Below, piece after piece: positions 1 to 12,880 of a stretch of 64,000 nucleotides of DNA. A model generated the notes under the pieces. The model ran no database searches. It was not told the origin of the DNA and saw only the letters and a list, made by a program, of their open reading frames with translations. Source of the stretch: Eledone cirrhosa (taxonomy: Eukaryota); contig OZ024747.1 of the NCBI GenBank assembly GCA_964016885.1, positions 7,874,001-7,938,000 on the forward strand, written 5' to 3'. Positions within the stretch are counted from its first letter, which is position 1. Each line of letters opens with the position of its first letter. The translations under genes and the position numbers were made by a program.

Positions 1-191
1 ACTCACAATTTTCTAGACACGCAGGCACATGCCCAGAAAACTTCCTGTAATGTCGGTATATGTTATTCACTGCTGAACTACAAAAATAATCTTCATAAGG
101 TATTGAGTGCTATTTTCTTTGTACATTTATTTGTGATATACATACACACAAACGTGTGTGTGTGTATGTATATATATATAATCTGTATGAG

Positions 192-251
<60 letters not shown>

Positions 252-469
252 GTGTGTATGTGTAAGTATATCTAATGGTTTATATAATGGTGGATTCGTA
301 TTTAAGAATTTTCATTCAATCTGATTTTTTTTTTTTAATTGGGAAAAATTGAAAGAAAAGAAACTTCCAGAATTTGGTAGAGAAAGAAAAAAAATTGAAA
401 ATAAATCCCTAAAAAAAAACCAAACTATCACCTGCCAAACATTTGGATGGTTTATTATTATTATTATAA

Positions 470-690
470 GGGCGGTGGATTGGCAGTATCGGTAGAGCAT
501 CAGACACCATGCTTTGCAGCATAGTTACGGCCCTTTACGTTCTGAGTTCAAATCGCACCGAGGTTAGCTTTGCCTTTCATCCTCACGGGGTTCGACAAAA
601 TAATGTACCAGTAATGCACTGGGGTTGATTTGATTGACTTCCCCTCCCCCAAAACTGATGGCCTTGTGTGCCTAAATCAGAAGCCATTAC
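470..690 (+). mobile_element. tRNA-derived SINE, family A (Deu/Nin-like core)
   Basis: A-box-like TGGCAGTATCGG, B-box-like GAGTTCAAATC, core CTTTGCCTTTCATCCT..GGGGT.CGA.AAAATAA.GTACCAG; follows a (TTA)n tract; about 15 copies in the window. Confidence 0.85.
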
Positions 691-1349
691 CATTAATAGA
701 TTAATTGAATTATTTGGATGTATTGGCAATTGGAGAAGGGGTGTGTGTGTGTATATATATATATGCCTGTGTATATATGTGTGTGTGTGTGGTGTGTGTG
801 TGCGTGTGTGTATATACATCACCATTTAATGCCTGTCTGTACCATGTTTGCATGGATTAGACTGGTTGTAAAGTTGTGAGGCTTAACAGGTCAGGTGACC
901 ACATTTTGCTCATACTGTTTTTGGTTTGGTTTTCTCTGGCTCAATGTTTTCCTAACACTAACCATTTTACAGCGTGTACTAGGAGCATTTTTCATGGCAC
1001 CAGCACTATTGCCTTCTATGTGTAGAACAAGAACCTCATTGTTAGATTGACATTTGTAAAGACAGAATAACGTAGTGGATAGTTCATGGATAATCACTTA
1101 ATGTTTGTGTTTGAAATAAATGATTCATTCCATCATGAAACGGTTTCTTGCTATGTGTAATATTTTAGGTGACCACTGTCTATTTATCTGCCTGAAGGAT
1201 TTGCATGTAGTAACGAAGCTCTGGGTTTCTGACAGTGAATTGTATGCCTTTACCAAATAAATAAACTCTAATTATATATGTATGTATGTAAGTGTGTGTG
1301 TGTGTGTGTCTCTATGTATGCATGTGTGTATATATATATATATATATAT

Positions 1350-1645
1350 ATGTGTGTATGAATGTTTGTATATATATATATATATGTGTGTATGAATGTT
1401 TGTATATATATATGTGTGTGTATGAATGTTTGTATATCTGTGTGTATGAATGTTTGTATATATATCTGTGTGTGTATGAGTGTTTGTATATATCTGTGTG
1501 TATGAGTGTTTGTATATATCTGTGTGTATGAGTGTTTGTATATATTTATATATGTGTGTATGAATGTTTGTATATATTTATATATGTGTGTATGAATGTT
1601 TGTATATATTTATATATGTGTGTATGAATGTTTGTATATATTTAT
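1350..1645. repeat. Compound TG/TA minisatellite, unit about 24-32 bp (TGTGTATGAATGTTTGTATATAT...)
   Basis: About 10 direct tandem units visible. Confidence 0.85.
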
Positions 1646-1794
1646 GTAAGTATTATAAGTATGTATCTTAAATGGTGATGATATTTCTTTCCCCTTCTCC
1701 AATCCCTGCATTAATTAATCTACTGTCCTGTGAGAATGGTTAATTAATCAGTAAATGAACTCCTGCTCTGGCTGTTAATTATATCATTATTATT

Positions 1795-2600
1795 CGGTGG
1801 ATTGGCAGTATCGGTAGAGGGTCGGACGCCATGCTTTCCAGCATAGTTACGTCCCTTTACGATCTGAGTTCAAATCCCGCCGAGGTTGACTTTGCCTTTC
1901 ATCCTTACGGGGTCGATAAAATAAAGTACCAGTAATGCACTGGGGTAATTGCTGGCCTTGTGCCTAAAGTAGAAACAATTATTATTATTATTTGGATTGG
2001 CAGAATCGTTAGACTGTTGAAAGAAATATTTTGAAGTATTTCTTTTGGTTGCTCTCTACATCCTGAATTCATATACCACCAGGGTCAACTTTGCCTTTCA
2101 TCCTTCTGGGGTTGATAAAATAAAGTACCAGTCAATCAATTCCCTGGCCCTTAAAATTGCTGGCCTTGTGGATTGGCAGTATAGGTAGAGGGTTGGACCC
2201 TATGTTTGCAGCATAGAGTTACGGCCCTTTATGATCTGAGTTCAAATCCCGCCAAGGTTAACTTTGCTTTTGGTCCTTACGGGGTCGATAAAATAAAGTA
2301 CCAGTCACGGACTGGGGTCGATTTAATCGACTTTCCCCTCCCCCCAAATTGCTGGCCTTGTGCCTATATAAGAAACCATTATTATTAGTGCTGTGGATTG
2401 GCAGAATTTGTAGAGGCTAAAATATTTTGAAGTATTAATTATGCTTTTTTTCACATTCTGAATTCATGACTTTTGCCTTTCATCTCCCTCCAGTGTCAAT
2501 ACAATTAAAGTACCAGTGAAGTTCTGTGGGGTGGGGGCAGTTGATTTGACTGTACCCTTCTCTTCAAAACATGTGGCATGGTGCCCATTTTAGAAATTTA
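1795..2600 (+). mobile_element. Four head-to-tail family A SINE copies (about 1795-1980, 1990-2165, 2170-2380, 2390-2600)
   Basis: Repeated GGATTGGCAG head and TTTGCCTTTCATCC...AAAGTACCAG core. Confidence 0.8.
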
Positions 2601-3353
2601 TTATTTTTCTGAACATTTGGTAAACTGACCACACCACACATCACATCACATCTAACCCTTCTTTACTATGGACATGAAAAAAAAGAAAAAAAAGATACAC
2701 TTTGTAAGAAATGGAAACAAAATTCCCCACAAATATCTGACCCCCTCCCCTCCCCCAGAAAAAAATTAAAATTTTGAAAAAAAAAAACAAAAACAAAAAA
2801 AAGCAAAAGTATAACAAGGAATTCATGAAGATATTTCCTAAAATGTTTTTCTTCTTGACCCCCATAACCTTTGATCTCTGCCCTTTCTAAAATGTTTAAG
2901 AAAGAGGGAGACTAAAAAAAAAAGAAACAAGAACCAAAAAAAAAAATAATCTGAGCCATTTTTGGCGAAAGCTGAACTCCAACCAAGGCTGAATACGTTG
3001 TATAGCTGAGGTTGCATATATTATTGTGCAATTGATGCTGCACATGTTGCAAGGACAACTAATGCTTATGATGCATTACTTGCATCGTCCAATCTTAACC
3101 GTTTATTTCTTTATTATTAATAATAAAAAGAAAAACAAATGAAAAAAAGTTTTCCTCTGGTGTTGTTTGTGTTATTAATGAAAGGTCACGCCTGAATGGA
3201 CAAACCAATGATTAAAAACATTCCAGCAGTGACTCTTCATTTTTATTTTTCAGATGTAATGATAAAGAGTATATTATTCAATGTTCTTCCCAACACCCGG
3301 GCTGCTTTTTTATGTTGGTATGGGCTTGAGGGGACATTTTGAGGCAGTATTAA

Positions 3354-3966
3354 CTCTTTAGCATTTACATAACTCTATGCTATTGTATTTTCACAGTAAA
3401 GGCTTTTACCTCACATAATATTGAATGAGATTTTGGTATTTATTTTGAAAATAATACTTTGACATCAGTATGAGTGGCCGATTACGGCTGGTTTGAACAG
3501 AAAGGTGAGAGAATTCTGGCCGGTTTAAAGTATTTTATGCAGCAAATTTCCAGAGTTGTTACGGGGCATCAAATTAAATAACTCAGTATGTTATGGTTCA
3601 CTTCATTTTATTTCACCACCACTCGCATATCGAATTGCTGAGCTGTGACTACATCCTAGTCTAATCTGTATGTCTCAGCTGCAGACTGGACAAAATGGTG
3701 AAGACACTGCAGTGGAGAACAGCTGGAAAAGTGTCCCGGTAAATTGACTTTCGTGAATCGAAAGGAAAGATGACAGCTAGAGGATAGATTCAACCCGGCC
3801 AGATTTCTCACCTTTCTGTTCAAACAATACACAGCAGCCCCTCATATTGATGTTAAGGTATTGTTCTTAAAATGAATATGAAAATCTCAGATTCAATATT
3901 ATGTGAATTAAAGTGTTCACCGTGAAAATATAATACTAAATATAGAGGAATGTAAATGCTAAAGGG
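3354..3966. mobile_element. Two oppositely oriented piggyBac-like MITE copies (about 3354-3525 and 3790-3966) flanking about 260 bp
   Basis: TTAA-CTCTTTAGCATTTAC at left and GTAAATGCTAAAGGG at right; bodies match the 24575 and 52068 elements. Confidence 0.7.
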
Positions 3967-4849
3967 TGTTTGATGTTTTTAGTTTTCCAGTTACTACGAT
4001 CAATGGCTAAGAGTTAATTTGTGTATGTATATATTACCCATAACTTTTGGAGTTGAAATAACAGACAAGCATTAAAACCGGGCAGAACCTATCACTCACC
4101 AAGTTGGAATAGCTGATTTCTTCCAGGAGAAAAAAAAAATCGACATCTAAATGCTGAAAGGCAAAATTGATCTGAGCACGAATATCGCAAACCATTCCAT
4201 ATTGTCGGGTGTTATGATCGTAAAAACAACCCATGATTCATATCCTTTTTACCTTTGATGTTACTCGTTCGCTGAACGTCTGAATTACAGGCACAACACA
4301 TCCAACGGGCTTCCAGTTTTCGTCTACATAATTTCACTCACAAGGTGTGGATATGGTAAGACACTCAAAATGCCCTGCAGTGGAATCGAACACAGGTATG
4401 GATTGTCAAGCAAACTTCGTTAACCCTCAACCATAAACTATTCCATTATCTGTTAAAAGGTTATGGTAAATTACGCGAGGTACCTCTTCCGAAACTCGTG
4501 CAAGCTCATCTATTTTCTTTTAGCAAGAGAAAAAGAATAGATCCAGAGGAAGTAACAACTACAAAGACTAATTTTATTTTGTTCTTAGCAATAATCAATT
4601 CCTAACGTTATTGATACAACTATGAATAAAATGAACGGCGACTTGTTACCTCCAAAACTAGGACAAGTTTACAAAAAACGATCCAGAGGAATATCCTTAA
4701 ATACTTACAATAGTGGACATTAAATTTCAGAACCAGAACTTTTAAGATTATAATCATAAAATTTTAAATTAATAGTATTTCCACTTGGAAAAGTTAATTT
4801 GAAAGCGGCAACCGATATTCAGGGGAGACAACTTATGACAAATATTGCG

Positions 4850-4865
4850 GGCCCTGAAAAGGACC
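4850..4865 (-). promoter_or_regulatory. Histone 3' stem-loop of H2B
   Basis: Minus strand GGTCCT-TTTC-AGGGCC, 37 nt after the stop codon. Confidence 0.92.
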
Positions 4866-4902
4866 GTTTTTTTTTTTTTTTTTTAAAAACAGCAGTAGTT
4901 CT

Positions 4903-5277
4903 TTACTTGCTGCTGGTGTATTTGGTGACAGCTTTGGTGCCCTCAGAGACGGCGTGCTTAGCTAATTCACCAGGGAGAAGAAGACGGACTGCAGTCTGGA
5001 CTTCACGGCTACTGATGGTAGAACGTTTGTTGTAGTGAGCCAAACGGCTAGACTCATTAGCTATTCTTTCGAACAGATCGTTAACAAAACTGTTCATGAT
5101 AGACATAGCTTTGCTGGAAATACCAGTGTCGGGATGGACTTGCTTCATTACTTTGTAAATATAGATGGAATAGCTTTCCTTCCTCTTCCTCCTCTTTTTC
5201 TTTTCTCCAGTACGTGGAGGTTTAGCCTTAGCGGCCTTCTTAGCTCCCTTCGACGGTGCTGCTGGTGCAGGTGGCAT
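4903..5277 (-). CDS. H2B: Histone H2B, replication-dependent, intact
   Basis: 124 aa with [26 protein letters not shown]...[23 protein letters not shown]; intronless; stem-loop downstream. Confidence 0.97.
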   Translation of the reverse strand: MPPAPAAPSKGAKKAAKAKPPRTGEKKKRRKRKESYSIYIYKVMKQVHPDTGISSKAMSIMNSFVNDLFERIANESSRLAHYNKRSTISSREVQTAVRLLLPGELAKHAVSEGTKAVTKYTSSK

Positions 5278-5561
5278 GATCGATAAAAGGTGATACGGAA
5301 CATCTACATTCAGTTAAATTTATAGTTGACAGGTAGGCTCACCAGCACAGTTTCTATTCACAATTTAGCGCTCTACAATTTCATTGGTAGAAATTGATGC
5401 TTCAGTAAATCACGTGACCCCGCCATAAAATTTACCGCCTGTTTAGCAGCTGCTGATAGTTTCTGGAGCCTATTGTGATGTATTTAAAGGCAAGACTGTA
5501 GTATTCCCCTTTTGGGCCTAACGTAGGAACAATTATTTACATCGTAATATCATCTACAATC
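5278..5561. promoter_or_regulatory. Divergent H2B/H2A promoter
   Basis: 284 bp between the two ATGs; ATTGG (CCAAT) at about 5383, TCACGTGAC at 5410-5418, TATTTAAA at about 5481, minus-strand TATAAAT at about 5317-5323. Confidence 0.75.
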
Positions 5562-5935
<374 letters not shown>

Positions 5936-6350
5936 ATACCTTATTGAAAAGTCGGCACTACCAGGTGACTTCATTCATCAACCTTCTCAATCGTAAACAT
6001 CGTTTATTTCCGTATCACCACGCGTTATTAAAGCATATCGATGTAAGTGGAGTTAACAAATTTAAGTTTATAAATAAATATATGTTCATTTATATTTTCA
6101 TAGTCATGGTTATCAAATTAGAAAACAAATTTAAGTTTAAAAAAATATATGGTCATCATTTTTCACATTTATGAAGAAATGTTTAGAATTCTTGAATTCA
6201 TGTGGCGGTGTGAAATTTTCCAAACGTTATTAGAACATATTCGTCATCTATCAATGTTTTTGAATAAGGTTGGTGAAAAAAAATTTGTTTTCTAAATATT
6301 TCTTCATAAATGTATAGGGTTGGTGAAAACCATGACTTGTTTTCTAATTT

Positions 6351-6366
6351 GGCTCTTTTAAGGGCC
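6351..6366 (+). promoter_or_regulatory. Orphan or displaced histone 3' stem-loop
   Basis: GGCTCT-TTTA-AGGGCC followed by ACCTATATTTTCA, the same 3' flank as the H4 stem-loop; 415 nt after the H2A stop. Confidence 0.8.
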
Positions 6367-6627
6367 ACCTATATTTTCATTTAAGTAACTCCACTTACAT
6401 GGATATGCTTTATTAAAATAACGCGTGGTAATACGGAAATAAACGATGTTTACGATTGAAAATTTTGACGAAACTTTCACTTCTGACAATAGCATGGTAG
6501 TGCCGAATTATTTGGTCCTGTGGAAGGCCATGTAGAAAAATGGTGTCGATTAGAAATAGTAGATTGAAGTGTGAACAAATAATTGACATTGTATTTTTGG
6601 GCAAAAGATTTAGCCAAGATTGTAAAC

Positions 6628-6643
6628 GGCCCTTTTTGGGGCC
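6628..6643 (+). promoter_or_regulatory. Second orphan histone stem-loop-like element
   Basis: AAAC-GGCCCT-TTTT-GGGGCC with no adjacent histone ORF. Confidence 0.6.
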
Positions 6644-7142
6644 CTTAACCCTTATGTTTTGTCTTCTCCCGATTTATTCATTATTTGCGATTTTTCAAAC
6701 CATGAGAAACATGTATGACACCTAGTTGAAGAAATAGCTTTGCGCATACTTCTGAACAAAAGATAAATTTACTAATGTTGGAAATATAATTTCATTTTTA
6801 ACTGCACTCAATATGTTTATCATATCTAAGCGTGAACCTAATAAGACTTTTTGTTCAACTACATAAAATATCATTAAATAAACTCTTGTATTTAGATTGA
6901 GAACTGTTTTCCTTCTCTTATCTACAGATATGAGTAGTTTAAACATGTTATACTAAAATTAAAATAATGCGAGGTTCCTATCTTCACTGGCGGCTCGCCT
7001 AACAGGTACTGGTGATGCTTATGAGGGGCGCTTGGTTGTTCCAGCACCTCCAGCCTCGCCATCACCCGAGGTAACGCTGCAGGCTTGCCTCAAATTAAGG
7101 TTTCCCAGTGCTCCTCGCGATGTTATCTTTCGCTCTGGCAGG

Positions 7143-7680
7143 GACATACATGACTTTTAACGGTCTTAAAAATGAAAGTAATTTATTTTCATTTTCGAAC
7201 GTCGTGTTTACATTTTGTGTTTAGATCTAAATTAGTTTAAAGACAAAATCAGAGCTTCTGTCGTTTTAACTGATTATATATATATATATATATGTGTGTG
7301 TAGTTGACGGTTGAGAGAAGAGTACTCAATACCGAAGTAATCTTGTAATGAGGCTTGCAGAAGTCCCAAATCGAAGCTGTGACACTTCCGTCCCCATCAT
7401 TCAGCAGGGATTTTGCCAGGCAGCCGCATCATCTCCGATGGTCGGGCTTCCTATTCGGAAATTGAAGATGGTATTTACGTTCATGATGTGGTGCACGAAC
7501 GAAACTTTGTAGATCCTGCGGACCCTGATGTGCACACACAGCTCATAGAGAACACATGGAGCCGTGCAAAGAAGCTTCGTCGCCAGCATGTTTCGTTTAA
7601 ACACACAAATGTAAACACGACGTTTGAAAATGAAAATAAATTTACTTTCATTATTGCGACCGCTAAAAGTCATGTATGCC
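7143..7680 (+). mobile_element. Internally deleted Merlin (ISXO2/IS1595-like) DNA transposon
   Basis: About 85-bp imperfect TIRs (GACATACATGACTTTT... and ...AAAAGTCATGTATGCC); ORF 7413-7685 contains PGSRIISDGRASY...HERNFVDP..HTQLIENTWSRAK, a Merlin-type DDE segment; no TSD found. Confidence 0.85.
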
Positions 7681-8387
7681 TTTAGATGTATTAATTACCT
7701 GCTTGTGGTTTTTATCTGCTTATATTTACAGAATTTTAATATAAAAAGGACGTAACATTGAATTGTTTAGTGCTTTTAAACCTTCCAGCTAACAATATCA
7801 TTTGTATTGATAAGAGTAAGAAAATATAATATTGTAGAGCTTTTAGTTTTTGTATGAATAATTTCGGTCTCTATGAAATGTTTATATGATCGCTCAGAAA
7901 TCGCAGCCAAACATGTCATTACACTCGCCTCTCTTAAACAAACTAAATTGTAAGCAATATGAATTGATTCCTGTCCCACAAAATAATTCACTGACTAACA
8001 AGATAAAATAATGATAATGAAAATTATTGTGCTCAGGTGCATGTAACTACGTAGAATAATGCACAAATCTTAGATTTCCCAGGACTTTTAATGATAGGGA
8101 GTCCCCTGTCCTGCCGGTGGGCGTAAAAGACATCTCCCGCGGAAACTTTCAAACTAATTCTAAAAACTAACATACAGTTGAGTGAAGATAGGAATTGTTT
8201 TCATTGGCGGCACTGATAATTCATTTGTATATGATGTTGCTTTTTACCCCATTCATATAGCAAGTATATACGTTGCGCAGATAAATACGGAATTCTTACG
8301 TGGCAACAGCGTAACGAAGGTTTAGAAGCACTATTACTATTAAAAAGTATGTTTGACCATTAACGCACGAAGTGCTCTGTAATAGAC

Positions 8388-8682
8388 ATGTTTTCAGAAT
8401 ACGATCGTCGAGCTGCTGCCGTGGAAAGCGTTCGCGTCGGCCACAAGACCAAGGAAATCATTGAATGGTTCAAATACCCAAACCATGGTGTACGATCTTA
8501 CAAAGTCATATTGGGCCGCAGACGAAGAGGACAATTTCAGGCCAGAACGCAAGACTCAAAAAGCGATCTGGCGCCACCACAGTTTGTAAAGGAGAACCCC
8601 AACAAAAACGAGGAAAATCGCCAATGAAATAGGGCACCAGCGCGCGAACAATCGGGCGCATTGTCAAGGAGGACTTGGAATA
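8388..8682 (+). mobile_element. Degenerate Tc1/mariner-superfamily (maT/rosa-like) transposase N-terminal fragment
   Basis: Across frameshifts reads MFSEYDRRAAAVESVRVGHKTKEIIEWFKYP/TMVYDL...VKENPNK/RKIANEIG/SARTIGRIVKEDL, resembling the paired-HTH region. Confidence 0.65.
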
Positions 8683-8799
8683 ACAATTGTTCCGATTGGC
8701 GTTGCTGCTGATAATTCAAATTGATGATTCACGTGACTTGTGTGTGACGTTGCTTTCTACTACGTTCGCATAGCGAGTATAATATATACGGACAGCTAA

Positions 8800-9156
<357 letters not shown>

Positions 9157-9196
9157 AATATTTATTTTGACTTTGAATTAAAACAAATAAATCCAC

Positions 9197-9212
9197 GGCC
9201 CTTTTCAGGGCC
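9197..9212 (+). promoter_or_regulatory. Histone 3' stem-loop of H4
   Basis: GGCCCT-TTTC-AGGGCC-ACC, 40 nt after the stop codon. Confidence 0.95.
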
Positions 9213-10169
9213 ACCTATATTTTCACATCAGTTTTCTCTCTGACTTAACGATATGTATTTCTCTCTGTATAATAATAATTTTGTTAGTCCTTACTCGTGA
9301 CATTCACCGTAATCGTGGCATGTTATTAAGCATGCGGTTTCAATTTCAAGTGTTTTTTTTCTTTCTTCTGTAAATTGTAGCATTCTCGTGAGGGGTGAAT
9401 AAAAGGCAAACTTCTATTTTCGGTGGGATTTTTAAAGCAAAATTTTAGAGATTGAACTAAATACTGCAGCTGAGGTATTGAAATACTTCTTAGGCACAAG
9501 GTCAGATATTTACCGAGGAGGAATAGATTATTATAACAGCCAGTACTTATTCTATTCATAGTGTTATAAAGGGCCAAAACAGTTGCTTGAGGGGGGGGGG
9601 GTGTCTTAAGACCTGCTGTCCAGGTCTCTTGTGAGTTTCTTACTACTCAGACACAAGGAAGATATTTTCTGAGAAGAAATGGATTAAAACAACCAATAAT
9701 TTATAGCTATCCTATCTACATGGGAGCCAGATATCAACCACTTACAATGGATAGACATGGGCTTTGTCTTGATATACAAATGAGCCAATCTGTTCAATCA
9801 GGGCTGAACAACTAGCGAAGGAGCAAAAACAATCGGTCTCAGCGGTATATGAAGGACGGGAAGAACGCATCTAAATATCTAAGCCATTTCGTCTGATTCT
9901 GCCAAACATCGACTTTTTTCTACAGTTAAACAAATTATTTTCACTAAAGTAATTCAATTTTTGGTGATCCTTCGGCAATTTCCGATTTTAATGTATGCTG
10001 AGATATTTCTTTTTATTCTACCGTTCAATTTTACACTTCACATTAATTTTTTAAGTAGTTGATATTTAATGATGCAAAAAAAACAAAAAAATCAATGATA
10101 ATGATAAAAAAATAGGGTCTGTCGTAAAAAAAAAAATTGATAAACAAATTTTTGTTGTACATAAACATA

Positions 10170-10320
10170 ATTGTTTCTACTTTTGGCACAAGGCCAGCAA
10201 TTAAACAGTACATTACTGGTACTTTATTTTATCGGCCTCGTAAGGATGAAAAGCAAAGTTAACCTCAGCGGGATTTGAACTCAGTTTGTAAAGGGACGTA
10301 ACTGCTGCAAAGCATGGCGT
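10170..10320 (-). mobile_element. Family A SINE, partial
   Basis: Reverse complement of the core (TACTGGTACTTTATTTTATCG...GGATTTGAACTCAG). Confidence 0.8.
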
Positions 10321-11099
10321 TGGTCAAAGTTTTCTTCACATTCTGTGACTCAGTATAGTACTTTCCTCTCCTTTACAAACAGATCAGCCCTTTTTTTACC
10401 CCTTCCCCTTTTTCACATTACTTAATTTATTTTTTCTTTCTATTTTGTAATTATCAATGATTTTAAAGCCAACTCTGAGTGAAACACATACATTTATTAA
10501 TCCGTACTTTTATTTTGCTGTGTGTAACATTTGTTCTGTTTCTGTTGACTGTATTACGTAAGTCGTGTTTTATGTTCGTTAAATATATAGCGATGAGTTG
10601 TCTCCCCTATCGTGTAAACTTGTTCATTATTCCGTCATTTTTGTGATAGTTATGTGTTTGTAAAGGGAAAACAAATCTTATTGTCCTTTCATATTGTAGA
10701 GTTTTTAAGTCACCATTAAATATTTTAAATACGTTTAGTAATCGTGCATTTTCTTCACGCTTTTGTGAACAAGTCATCATACATGCTATCAGAATAATAA
10801 AGTTTTAACGAAAAGGAATGGTACACAAAAAACCCCGGGAGGGGGACGGTTAACGTTAATAAATATCATAAACTGCATTAAACCATTAATAGAATAAGAT
10901 TAGTGAACTGCTTTGATGAGTATCAAATTCAATTTTCCATTTGGAAGCAGATAAGACTGCTAGGGTCAAACATTTTTATGATACTTATGTGTTGTAAAGA
11001 AAGAAAAAATCCATTTACTGCTCTACCTTATTGTAGAGTTTCAAGACACCATTAAATATGTTTATACGTTTGATAATCATGTAGCAAACATTTCTTCAT

Positions 11100-12640
11100 A
11101 GCCGTCTTCTTCCCTACATTCTAACATTTTCATTTTTGCCATATTTACTCTCAGCCCTTTTGAAAAGTTCTGTTTCCAAAGTTGAAACTTCTTCTAGTTC
11201 TTTCACACAATTAGCCATATAAGAACTAGATCATCAGCATGCAGAAATTCCCATGGACAGCCAGTCTTAAACTCATCTGCTATGGCCTGGAGAATTATAA
11301 TAAATAGAAGTGCTTTGAGGACCAGTTGATGTTACTCTGTTAAAGGCTTTCTCTAGATCAACAAAAGCTAGATATAAAGGCTTCCTCTTAGCTAGGACCT
11401 TCACTTGCAGTTGTCTCATTAAGAAGAGAATATCTGTAGTACTCCTCCCTATCACAAAACTGAATTGTATCTCATCTTATTTAACTCTTTCCCTAATTAG
11501 TTTGTGCTAGACCGTTTTCTGTCACTTTTATAACCTGATCTATTAATTTAAGCCTCTGTAGTTTCTCCTTTCCAGAACATCACCTTTTCCCTTGTACCAA
11601 TTAATGAGTATACTGCTGTGCCAGTCTAACCTATATTACCTGATTGATTATGTGGGTGACTAGTTCCGCTCCGACTTCCCCAGATGCTTTCAGCATCTCA
11701 GCAACTATCTCTGATGGTCCAGCAGCTTTACCTTTTTTCATCTTGATTGGTTCTTTGACTCTACTAGTGTCTATTTCTATAGCGAGTCTCTCTGTTAGGG
11801 GTACTTTCCCTTCCTCCCACTCATTCTCTACATTCATCAGACTCACCTAGCATTTCCAGGCCTCTTTCTTTTGAGCATCAGTGATGTTAAGTTCCCTGGT
11901 ATCATTTCAAACATACTTTTCCTCAACAGCATCCTCATTCACACTGACACACTGCTTTGCAATGTGGAACACCTCATGCTGCTGATCCCCACATCATAAG
12001 AGATTGGCATATCTCTTACTTTCAGCCACACACTGACACACTGCTTTGCAATGTGGAACACCTCATGCCTCCAATCCTCACATCACATATCCCTTACTTT
12101 CAGCCTCTTTATGTGCTATCTATACTTAAACTTCTCCTTTAGCTACCTGGTTCTGATCTTTGCTGCCTCCATTTTTCAAGTCTTTCTTTCCACACCTGTC
12201 ACTTGGCTTTAATAACTCTATCCCCTGTACAATTCCACCAGCAGTTCACCCTCAGCCACATGTCTCATCAATAACCTGCAGTAGATTGTTATGTAGGAAT
12301 TTCCAATTGTTCTCTATGTCATATCTAACACCCTCTCCTTCTCATCAGATACATCATGTAGTGCTTTGATGATACATAACAGAAAGTTCCTTTAGCTTCC
12401 ATTCTCACCTCCTCCAGATTTTCTTGTTTCTTGTTGTTTTGTGCTTATTCTAATGTCACTAATAACTGTTGAGTACTGCATTCTTCTCAAGAGAAGGATT
12501 TACTATTCATAACCATCTGTTTATCTCATTTTCTTACAAGTAAGAAGTCAATGTCTTATATGTTTGCCTGATTGGTAGGTGATCAGGTGGATGGCTGGTT
12601 TCCCAAAGTTAATGTTATGGACAGTTCAATTGATTTTAGG
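11100..12640 (-). mobile_element. Degenerate RTE-clade LINE fragment (reverse transcriptase region)
   Basis: GRSTTDILFLMRQLQ..KRKPLYLAFVDLEKAFNRV and MKKGKAAGPSEIVAEMLKASGEVG; many stops and deletions. Confidence 0.85.
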
Positions 12641-12880
12641 CTTGTAACAATGATTTTCTAATGATCATTATAGTTGATATATTGCACTACAAAGTCCATT
12701 CATACATGGGCCCTTAATTCCTGATGAAGTCATAGGAGCACTGGTGAGATACACAGTTTTTCTTAGGCATTCAAACTTAGTTCATTCCTCTCCTGTAATA
12801 CAGCTGATGTCTTCATGATAGATAGAGAGAGAGAGGAAATGAGAAATATAGAGGAAGAATGAACCCCAGAGTTGCTGAAG

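Noticed and set aside
5506-5518. Histone stem-loop-like CCCCTTTTGGGCC in the H2A/H2B promoter
   Set aside because: Lacks the GG-initiated 6-bp stem and is in the wrong position
6985-7140. GC-rich stretch as a possible H3 or H1 remnant
   Set aside because: No histone-like peptide recognised; origin unresolved
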